From Saprolegnia diclina VS20 (taxonomy: Eukaryota), in contig NW_008246093.1 in NCBI RefSeq assembly GCF_000281045.1, positions 325,794 to 345,793 on the forward strand: DNA of 20,000 nucleotides, written 5' to 3'. A model generated the notes under the pieces. The model searched no databases, was not told the DNA's origin, and saw nothing but the letters and a program-made list of their open reading frames with translations. Below, in pieces: positions 10,235 to 19,735 of the stretch (the stretch's first letter is position 1; each line of letters starts with the position of its first letter). Both the position numbers and the translations under genes were made by a program.

Positions 10235-11820
10235 ATGGCCGCCATGTACCCTTTGCCCGACGACTTTTTCGTGGTGCCGCCGCTCACGACCGCGACGACC
10301 GCGTGGTTTGCCGACTATGGCGAGCGCACGCTGCGGACGATGCTCGACAAGATCCTCAAGAAGGACCCGACAATGCAGTGGAACTACGTCTGCGACGTCG
10401 ACGGCGTCCGCGTCATGGAAGGCGAGGTGAAAGGCCTCAAGCTCGACAAGAGTACGCGCGTCCGCTACCAAATCACAAAGCTCATGTGATGTTTAGACAC
10501 GATTCCGTTCCGCGTGTACGGCAAGATCACGGCGACGCTCGAAGAGGTCGCGGCGCTCCACGACTTTAGCACGCGCGAAAAATGCCTCCACCACCGCAAG
10601 CACTTTGCCGAAGATACGCTCGACTCGCACACGTTGTACAATGTCATTCCGCGCACGGAAGAGAATGCGTTCAAGCAAATCTACGTGCGCTGGGTCGCGG
10701 TCCAGAGCCCCGTCGCGATCATCAAGGACCGCGACTTTGTGTTTGTCGAGGTATGCTGGCCTTTCTCACTTTGCCGTTTCGGGTTTCTGACTTTGCACTG
10801 TAGAGTCAAAACGACTTCAAGTTTACGTCCGGTCGGCGGGGATGGGCGTATTGCCAGACGTCGGTCGAGCTCGATGCGCTCCCGCCCATGAAGGGCGCAT
10901 ACGACCTCGTGCGCGGCGAGCTCAACCACACGGGCTGCGTGTACATGGAGACGGACCAGCCCGGCGTCTTGGACGTCGTGTATCATATTTCGTACGATTT
11001 CAAGGGCTCGATGCCGACGTGGGTGCGGAAGCTTGCGGTCAAGAACCGCGCGCGCACCGTCAAGTTGACGGCCGACCACGTCCACCAACTGCGGCTCAAC
11101 TCGCAGCTCCAGCGCTCGATGAGCTCGTCGTCGTCGTCGGTCTCGACCGAGGTCGAATCGGTCGTGAGCACCGCGACGTCGGTCTTTTCCACCGCCGCCG
11201 CCAAGCGCTGCGTGCACTGCAACGCGTCGTTCCGGTTCCGAAAGAGCTACCAGTGCCAATCCTGCAGCGAGTCGGTCTGCTCGTCCTGCAGCCAAAAGTG
11301 GAAGCTGCCGAGCGGCAACGGCACCAGCGTCCGCGTCTGCTCCACGTGCTCGGACGCGGTTCGGAACGGCTGGGAAGGCTCGGGCGTCTGCGCGACACCG
11401 GCCTCGGACATCTCGTCGCACGCCGAGGCCCGCCAGAGTCTCTTCAAGGCCAGCTCGTCCTCGAACGTGCTCGAGACGTCGCCGGCGCGCCTCCGGATCG
11501 ACGTGTCGCAGAGCGAACCCGTGCCGGCCCGCCACCGCCAGAGCTCTATTTCGAGCGCGTCCGGGCGCGGCAGCGTCGCGCTCGGCCTCGATACGCTCGA
11601 CCTTTCGTATCTGACGCTATACCACGACCCGAACAAGGGTCGTACCAACTCGCTGGACGAAGAGAGCAGCCAAGTGTCGGGCCTCTCGTCGGAGCCCAAC
11701 TCGCGCAAGTGCAGCATGGACGTTGAGGACGACCCGGCGTTTGAAAAATTCCTCGACCACGTCAACCGCCACTCGATGCGCCTCTCTCTCTATGTCCGCG
11801 AGTCCCAGTGCAGTACTTAA
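10235..11820 (+). CDS. Paralogue D: START-like domain + FYVE-type zinc finger protein (about 495 aa). Exons 10235-10451, 10497-10750, 10804-11820; alternative start at 10244
   Basis: Introns 10452-10496 (45 nt) and 10751-10803 (53 nt). Motifs YPLPDDFF, RWVAVQSPVAIIKDRDFVFVE and CVHC..CQSC..CSSC..VRVCSTC. Confidence 0.9.
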
Positions 11821-12584
11821 CAAGATTTTTCCTTCTTCTTGCCTCTCGGCTTCCCCAGATAGGATTCATCCAGTATTCACTGTATCACAGGTTGGATGCG
11901 ACGACGACAATATGTCGGAAGTAGAATCTAAGAAATCAGTGCGTAGAATTGACGCCCGTCGTATCTTTGCGCATGATTGTCGACGCCGGCGCCTTTACGT
12001 AGAAGCGCCTCGAATGGCGTCGTTGAAAACGAAGCCGACGACGTGGGATGCGCGTTGCTGGCTCCTTGAAGCAGCCACGGCAGATGCTCCTTCCAAGTAA
12101 AGAAGAGCAGAGACCATGGAGTTTGAGGGCGCACAGAACCAACGCGCGAGTGCTCTCGCAGCACGAGTTCTGAGACCGCACAGGCCTCTCCTCGACCACA
12201 GCCGGAATGGCGCCTCCATGACAACGGATTGCTCCACAGAACACCGAGTATTACCATCTCCACCTTCAGAACGCTACGTTGTTTTGATAGTAATGCATTG
12301 GCGATGATGGCTCAAAGCATCGCTAGACCTCTTCTACATTCTCTTGGGAGTAATAATACCCATATCTGCGTATGGAGTTTTCGACACTTTCAGCGTAAAT
12401 TTATATGGTGATTTTGAAGTACTGAGCGACAAGAATTTATGCATTCTGATTGCCGGCGCCTTGATAACTTTGGTGTTTGCGTCTTGATTTGAGTTTCATT
12501 TTGTCATTTGAGATTCGCAAACTATCAATCCATCAAGATCCGAAAGGTGCGTTCGACCAATCACATCATGCCAGAACCCACTTC

Positions 12585-12614
12585 TCCTGCTCGCCTGTTT
12601 CCTGCTCGCCTGTT
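12585..12614. repeat. Perfect 15-bp tandem duplication (TCCTGCTCGCCTGTT x2)
   Basis: Units at 12585-12599 and 12600-12614, read directly from the sequence. Confidence 0.85.
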
Positions 12615-12690
12615 GGGAATCCAAGGACAAGGGTGTTGCGCCTGCACGTTCTATCTAATCGACTATCTAATACTTCTTTCTACGCCTTAA

Positions 12691-13928
12691 CTACTTTGGC
12701 CCAAACGTGGATAAATACGAAAGGTCCACCTTGGGGCTCGCTTTGGGCGTCGCCACGGGGGTCATTGGCGGTGGTGTCATGAGCTCGGTCGTCCACCACG
12801 GCTCGGACGATGCATCCGAGCGAGGCGTACCGTACCCACTCACCACGAGGTCGGACGCCGGGCCGTACCGCACGGCCTCAGAGCAGCGGACACAGACGCG
12901 GACCAGGTCGTCCATCGACGGCAGCTTGTACTTTTGGCTGCACTTGGAGCACACGGCTTTGGCGCAGGACCGGCAGTGATGCACACGGTGGAATCGAAAC
13001 GGCTTTGTGCACACCGAGCAATGGACGCCTGGCCGCGGCAGCTTCGTTGCGGCGGCCTTTGCCCGCATCTGCTGCGCACTCAATCGGAGCCGCGTCACGT
13101 TCTTCTCAATGTGAAGCACGCTCAAAGCGCGTGTCTTCATGCCGAGCTTGTACGTCCATTGCGGAATGTGGCCCTTGAGGTCGGCGCAAATGTGGTAAAT
13201 GACGTCGACGACGCCGGGGGTGGCCGTCTCGACAAAGACGCAGCCGGTGCGGAGCAGTTGGCCGCGCACGAGAGCCAACGCCGACGTCTCGAGCGACGGG
13301 AGAAACGGCAAGTCGACCGACACTTGGCAGAACGCCCAGCCTCGTCGCCCTGCCGGTGTCTCGAACGCATCTTGGCACTACAAGACATGGTGTAAGTCCC
13401 GATCTGCCATGCGATATTAGCACCTCGAGGTAGGTAAAGTCGCGGTTGCTCACGGCCGCCATTGGGCTCGCGCACGCCGTCCACTTCAAGTAGACTTGCT
13501 TGAACGGGTCTTGCTTGGTCCGCGGCAAAAAACTGTACAATGTGAACATGTCGAGAATGTCCTCGGCGTAGTGCTTTGTAAAGTGCGCGCACTGCGCCCG
13601 CGTCTCGAACGAGTGGATGTGCGCAATCTCTTCGATCGTGGCGCGGGCTGTCGTCACGGCGCGGTAGGGCACAACAACTAAGCAATGTATGAGTCGACAA
13701 TGTTGCAGGAAGTAGGCTCGTACGCGAGTCAGCGTTGATGGGCACGGTGCCCTTGTAGAGCGCGACAGAGTCGTACGTGGCCACGTGGTCCCACGACGTG
13801 GCGCTCGGCTTGGTCAGCGTTGACTCGAGGAACTGATCAAACGTTGTCTCGCCGAGCTGCGTGTAGTGGGCGACTTGCGACGGCATGGGTGGCGGGCACA
13901 CAAAGGCGTCGTCTCGCAGCGGATACAT
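12691..13928 (-). CDS. Paralogue E (inverted): START-like domain + FYVE-type zinc finger protein (about 381 aa). Exons 13928-13724, 13677-13424, 13377-12691
   Basis: Minus-strand introns 13723-13678 (46 nt) and 13423-13378 (46 nt). Motifs MYPLRDDAF, VYLKWTACASPMAAVSNRDFTYLE and CSVC..RVHHCRSC..CSKC..VRVCVRC. Confidence 0.9.
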
Positions 13929-14303
13929 CGTCGGTCGGCTCCAAATCGCACTCGGCCCGCAAAAGGTCAATTGAGGCACAACAGCATTGCAATGTTGTTA
14001 CATCCCCCACGCTGAAGGCCCAGCAATGGAAGGAGACAGGTACAGTCATGTCTTCTTTACCCGTTGCGCACGGTGAGGGGCGAAATATAGCAGCGTTACG
14101 AGGCCGTCGCATCCAGCTAGTGAACAAGCATCGAGGCAAGACATGTCCGTCTGGCTGAGGTTGTGAGCAGGTCACGCGCAGTAACGTCGCTGCGGGTAGG
14201 GTAGATGCGCGAAACCGTGAAACGGCGACCAATGAAATCGCGCGATTTGGTGTAGAAAGGCGATTACAGCGCCAGATGGTCCATCTTGCGCTGCACGCTC
14301 GAT

Positions 14304-14370
14304 CAACGACAGTCCCAGCCAACTCTATTTTAATAGAAGACCCACTTCAACAACAACAGTCCCAGCCAAC
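14304..14370. repeat. 20-bp direct repeat pair (CAAC[G/A]ACAGTCCCAGCCAAC) flanking a small AT-rich hairpin
   Basis: Copies at 14304-14323 and 14351-14370 differ at one base. The spacer begins TCTATT-TT-AATAGA. Confidence 0.8.
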
Positions 14371-15009
14371 GCTAGACTGATGGATCCGGTGCATCGACAT
14401 GTAATACGTATACTCGCACAGTACGGCCCTGTTTGCGACTACAATTTATACAATTTACAACAAAAAACTAGGCTCATGAAACGAGCACATGCGAAACTTG
14501 CGGCCCACTACAAACGCCCAAGTAAGCGCACAACAAGCGACACATCGGTCCACTCCCCAGTCTCAATGGCAACATCTGCACAAACAAGAAAATTTCGTCC
14601 ATCGTTTTCGATATCCTGTTGTGCAGAATGTACCAAGCTCCCTCGTGTTTACAATGTTGTATGATATTCGAAATGTCCTATGAACTGCGTTGAGAACGCA
14701 GCGTGATGTCAGGAAGGCAGCGCATTTGGGGGCATCACATGTATGTATTGGTGCGCGCCAGTCAACCAACGATGGGCGAGGCGTGGAGGCGGGTTGGCTT
14801 TCATGCTTTTGACAACCGCGCGCGGGTCCGACGGTCGCTACGCTGCTACCATGTTGTTCTATTGTTCTATCTCGTGTTATTCTCGCTCACTCGTCTTGGT
14901 CGCAGAAACGTCGTTCTTTCTGGAAAAGACTCCAACCTGCAATTTCTATATCGACCAACGTGTACGTTTGGCATCAACGACAGCCGAAATGCCACCAACA
15001 TCAGTTCCG

Positions 15010-16734
15010 ATGCAAGCTCTCGTCCCGCTGCTTCTCGTTGCGTACTACGCGGGCTTTGCGCACCACAGTGCCACATGTATATATACCGGTGTGCCATCGT
15101 CGGCCATGCTAACGCGCCGTCGCTTTGCATTAGCTGCGTCGTTGTGGGAAGCGGACTGGGTGCGCACGGCCGAGGGCTCGGTAGCCAACACGAACGTGAC
15201 CTGGTTCGACGATGGGGATGTACATCGCTATCGGTTTGCAAAGTACGGCGAGAAGAAGACGTACTGCTTCTACCCGAACGCGACGCTAAGCTTTCGCATG
15301 GAGCCGTTGACAAGGTTGACGAGCATACTGCACGGTTTGTTCTCATGTGTATAGAATAGCCCTTCGCAGCCATACGTCGTCCAGTGGCTTGGGCAATTCG
15401 AAGCGGCGCACGTCGTTGCCAACTTTGCCGCTGGCTACATGACACAATTGCAGGTATCGTCTTGCTATGGCGATTTGTGTTAAATACGTCGCTGGCGAAG
15501 GAACGCATCCCGCTGATCCGCTCGTTGCTGTGGCCGTGGAGTGACTTGCCTGTCAAGTTGACGAGCAAAGCGCGCGACCAGTTGCATCTGACGTACATTG
15601 GGTATGTTCTACTAAACGGTCGTCAGTGTTCATTACTTTGCAGCCCGACGTCAACACCGTGCCGCATGCACGAGGGTTTCGAGGCTCATTATACGCCATT
15701 TGTGGACCAATTCGTCCCGGAAAAGCTTCAATACGTCCTTGCCCTGTTTCGCAACTACGTCGGTCAGTACAGAGTACTGCCTCCTCCAACAAGGTATTAT
15801 TAAACTCCATCGATATAGCTTTGCGCTGCGAAAGCTTTCATGCCTTGCCCTGCGACGGCTTTGGTAACGAGTGCTTCATCAAATTGAGCCCATTTGAGTA
15901 CCCGTGCATCACCGTCCACGGGCCAACTTCAGGCATCGTGCTCGCCAACGCACAAGTCCCGTTCACAATCGCGAGCAAGACATGTACGTACCGCTGCATT
16001 TGCATCGGCTTTGAATCGCGGTTGAGTAGATGTCGACATGGCATTCGCCCGCAATTTCCTCCTCGGGCTCTTTGTGTACTTTTCGGCCGAGACGCTGGCG
16101 ACAAACCGCCTCTTCCACTACGCGTTGGGCACGGCCATTAGCATAGTGTTCTCACTCACGCTGCCCCTGTACTGGATGTCCAAGCTGGCGCTGAACGTGG
16201 TGCGGCGACTGCCCGGTGGCAGAGCTCTCGCGAGCGGAATCAAGGTTGCGAGCTCCATCATGGGTCTCGTGCTCCTTCCCGTCATTTATAACCCCCTGTG
16301 CTATGTCCGATCCATTTCAATCCTCATGGACGAGCTCACACCATCATTGCGTAGCTGCTGGACCTGCTCTACCAATTTTGGCTCAGCGACAGCGTTATGG
16401 ACGTGCCGCACCTCGGAAAGCTGTACGTCACCTTTTTTGGGCTCGTGGGCGGCGCCATGGTGCATCGCTTCCATGGTGGGCGCCCGACGCAAGCAAACCT
16501 ACGAAGCGCGGTGGCGGCACCGGCTACGAGCACTGCGCGGAAGCAAAGGTAGGGCGCCCATTGCTTGCCACGCGCGTCGTTGAAGCGTTGCGCTAGGTCA
16601 TGGCGGGCTCCCAGCAGTACCTTGCAATCTATCTCCAGGTATTTGGCGTGGCGTTGCTGCTGCAGAGCACGTCGTCAACCACCACATCGTGTGTCGTCGT
16701 ACTGTTAACACTCCTTTCGTCGGTGCTCTACTGA
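15010..16734 (+). CDS. NEMP/TMEM194 (DUF2215)-like nuclear envelope multi-pass membrane protein. Tentative exons 15010-15076, 15134-15314, 15360-15453, 15501-15601, 15644-15762, 15819-15983, 16030-16304, 16355-16548, 16597-16734. Apparent frameshift near 16470
   Basis: Signal-peptide-like N-terminus (MQALVPLLLVAYYAGFA) and LSPFEYPCITV before the first transmembrane segment. FLLGLFVYFSAETLATNRLFHYALGTAISIVFSLTL, LYVTFFGLVGG and YLQVFGVALLLQSTS resemble NEMP1 transmembrane segments as I recall them. Introns are 42-57 nt GT-AG. Boundaries between 15314 and 15819 are less certain. Confidence 0.7.
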
Positions 16735-18059
16735 GCAATTTTCGACGTGCTGGTCGGAGAATGAACATGATCTAGTCAAGGTTTGCTACTAGGAATGTCT
16801 AGCAATTCAACTGAACGCCACGGCTCCAGTTTTGCCTGGCAGACTTGATTAGAGCAGAATGCGACGAGCCACGGAGCGGTGTGGTGACTCTCGCTAGCAA
16901 ACGGCAAAACTATAGCCACCGATTGCCACCACGGTAGTACGATTAACATTCAAGTCCACCCTACTAGTACGTGATGGGCACGCATTTGATGATGCAAGGA
17001 GGGTCCAAGTGGAGAGCAAATCACTATAAGAAACTTGCTGCTGGAACCAATCTGGTACAAAAGACATTGTCAAAGTTCAGCTCAAAGCTCGTGCTCCTAA
17101 ATCTGGTTGGCCGTATCAGGTTGTTGCTTCAACAAGATCTGACGATGGATAGAGTACTTGCTATTTCTGATGACAAATCCCTCTCATCGTCTTTTCGTTG
17201 CAACCGTCACGTTGGTCGCCAACAGCGTCTCTCACTAGATGTTTAAATCTGTGTCCTTGAAGGTGATTGAACTAACAACTGCGGCTCCATGTATTTGATT
17301 TGTCAAAACACCGCGCCAAAGCCCGTTGCATCACCGCATGATACAATTTAACGAGCGTAGATGGTAGTACCGTGGCAGCTACGACTCGGAAGGAGTATCT
17401 TGTCCATCAGCGCTCCTTTGCTCTGCGGGTCAGAGGCTGCAAGGTCTTTCTGCAGTGACAAAGACACTCCTCGGGTCCGTGGACTCGACGCCGCATCTTC
17501 GGGTGGCTGGCGCCTGTTTACATGGCGACCAGCATTCCGCGTCTGATGCATCAACATGCACATGCACTGCTGGGACCACCAACACTCGACCAACCTGGTC
17601 GCCGCGCTGATCGGGCCGTCTACAGGGGACCATTGGCTACAGTACCCTTCCTTCAAGGAAATGGTGCTGTCGCGAGAGAAATACATTCGTTGGATATACT
17701 AGTATCCACTATCCGCTCAAAAAACTTGGTACCACGAGAAGGGTTGTACCGTGAATCACGCTTCCGAGGCAAGAAACGTGCAGGCTCGTCATGGCTGCTT
17801 CGCCCGTCAGACATGCATCCTCGTTGATAGCGTAAGCGCTGCCGTATCGGTACACTAACGCGACGCTATGTCGGCACGAGCGACAACATGTAAAGAGCTC
17901 CACTGTACAGCACGCAAGCGTTGGCATGCACGGGGCAACTAGAGACGCGGGAGCTAAAGATATGAACCCATCTAGCGTGGTATCCCGTGGGTGTGTGTCC
18001 GTCGACCGAGTGACCGGCCTTCATCATTCAACGTCCACCACGTCACTGCAAGGGAAGCA

Positions 18060-18076
18060 CCACTCTTGCTTTTCCC
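18060..18076 (+). promoter_or_regulatory. Inr+FPR-like core promoter of paralogue F (CCACTCTTGCTTTTCCC)
   Basis: YCAYTYY match followed by a T-rich FPR-like tract, 11 nt before ATG 18088. This favours 18088 over 17926 as the start. Confidence 0.45.
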
Positions 18077-18087
18077 AGCGACACCCG

Positions 18088-19322
18088 ATGCACCTTGCGT
18101 GGCCACTGGACACGTATTTGTTCCCGTCGCCGTCGGACGACGACGCGCGCCGGTACAAGTCGATCGGCGATGCGTCCTTGCGCTGCGTTCTCGACGCAGC
18201 ACTCTCAGTCGAGCGCCGGTCGAGCGGATGGCGCCGCGTCGGCAGCTTCAACGACGTGCGTCTCTACGAAGGAGAGAGCGCGATCCAAGGCATGATTCCG
18301 TTCCGCATCGTGGCAAAAGCCTCGGCGACACTTGAAGAAATCGCGCAAATCCACGATTTCTCGACGCACGCCAAGTGCCAAGTGTACAAGAGTGTGTATG
18401 CGGACGACATTTTGGCCATGACGACGCTGCACAGCTTTTACCCGCGGACGCCCCACCGCCCGTTCAAGCAGCTGTACCTCAAGTGGAATGCGAACCGCAG
18501 CCCCGTGCCCATGATCAAGGACCGCGACTTCATCTACGTCGAGGTAAGGTCCGTTATGGCGAGCGACAAGTATCGACAAGAACGTAGGCGCAAGACGAAG
18601 TGCGGCTCACGTCCGGCCGCCGCGGGTGGGTCTACGCGCAAACCAGCGTCGACGTGCCGGGGTTTCCCGTCTTTGACGAAGCCGTGCGCGGCGACCTCTA
18701 CATGGGCATGGGCGTCGTGTACCTCGAGACAGAGACCCCCGGAGAGCTGCACGTGATTTACCACCTCTGCGTCGACTTCAAGGGCCACATCCCGCACTGG
18801 GTCTTCAAGCTCGGCATGAAGGGCCGTGCGCGCAACATTCAATTTATCAACGACCGCGTGCACCGGCTCCGGCTCAGCACCGAGCCGCTGCAGCAACCGT
18901 CCGAGCCAACGTCGCCGACCACGTGCGCGCTGTGCCACCGACACAGTCATGCCTTTTGCAAGCACAAGTGCTGCCAGGCGTGCGGCGAGGTACATGCTTC
19001 GTACTTGGACACTCGTCAAGAATCCATACTGAACTAGGTCGTGTGCAGCAAGTGCAGCCGCTCGTGGCGACTCTCGGGGCTGGCGGGCGACACCCGCGTA
19101 TACAAGGCGTGTGTGTGCAATGTGTGCTCCCAAGCCGTGCGCGACCAAGACCGTTGTCCCAGTCAGCGATCGCTGGACGAGACGTCGCCCAGCAGCGACG
19201 GCGACCTTCATTACGGCGTCGGTGCCCACGACGATGTGGGCGACGGGTCGAGCAGCGGCACCGACGTTGCCATGGACCTGTCGTATTTATCCGTGTACCA
19301 GACCAAGAAAACGACACAATAA
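18088..19322 (+). CDS. Paralogue F: START-like domain + FYVE-type zinc finger protein (about 380 aa). Exons 18088-18543, 18588-18989, 19038-19322
   Basis: Introns 18544-18587 (44 nt) and 18990-19037 (48 nt). Motifs LYLKWNANRSPVPMIKDRDFIYVE, SGRRGW and CALC..CQAC..CSKC..VCNVC. The start was chosen by alignment to the paralogue N-termini (WPLDTYLF vs YPLDDNFF). Confidence 0.88.
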
Positions 19323-19410
19323 TGTCGTGTAGAATTGTAGTTCACTACTACAGACTTGCTTGCCGACGAGCGTTCTGTCTCTCAGATATTAGTGTAACCG
19401 TTATGTTGTC

Positions 19411-19454
19411 AGTCTAGTCTAGTCTAGTTTAGTCTAGTCTAGTTTAGTCTAGTC
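19411..19454. repeat. Pentanucleotide microsatellite (AGTCT)n with AGTTT variants, about 9 units
   Basis: agtct agtct agtct agttt agtct agtct agttt agtct agtc, read directly. Confidence 0.95.
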
Positions 19455-19735
19455 CACCAAGATGGGCACCACGAGCCACGAACCAGAAGTTGTATCCCAC
19501 CTCTTGTAAGGGCATGGTACGGGCTTCAATATCGGCCCCAAGTGTACTCTTATGAAGGACAGTGGTGGGCGTGTCCAATGAACCTAACCCTACGAACCAA
19601 GAAATGCAAGATTCTAGGTCACGGCTTGCGATCGTTATGAAGGAAGTGGACAACGTTCGTATTCGACCAGTGGCGTGCATGCTGCTGCATAGTGCTATAC
19701 ATGTTGATCGCGTTCGGGTGCTGGGGCTTGGTGAC

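Noticed and set aside
14304..14370. CRISPR-like repeat-spacer-repeat
   Set aside because: Only two 20-bp copies, eukaryotic context and no cas genes.
17926..18087. 54-aa N-terminal extension of paralogue F
   Set aside because: It has no counterpart in the other paralogues, and an Inr/FPR-like element lies immediately before ATG 18088.
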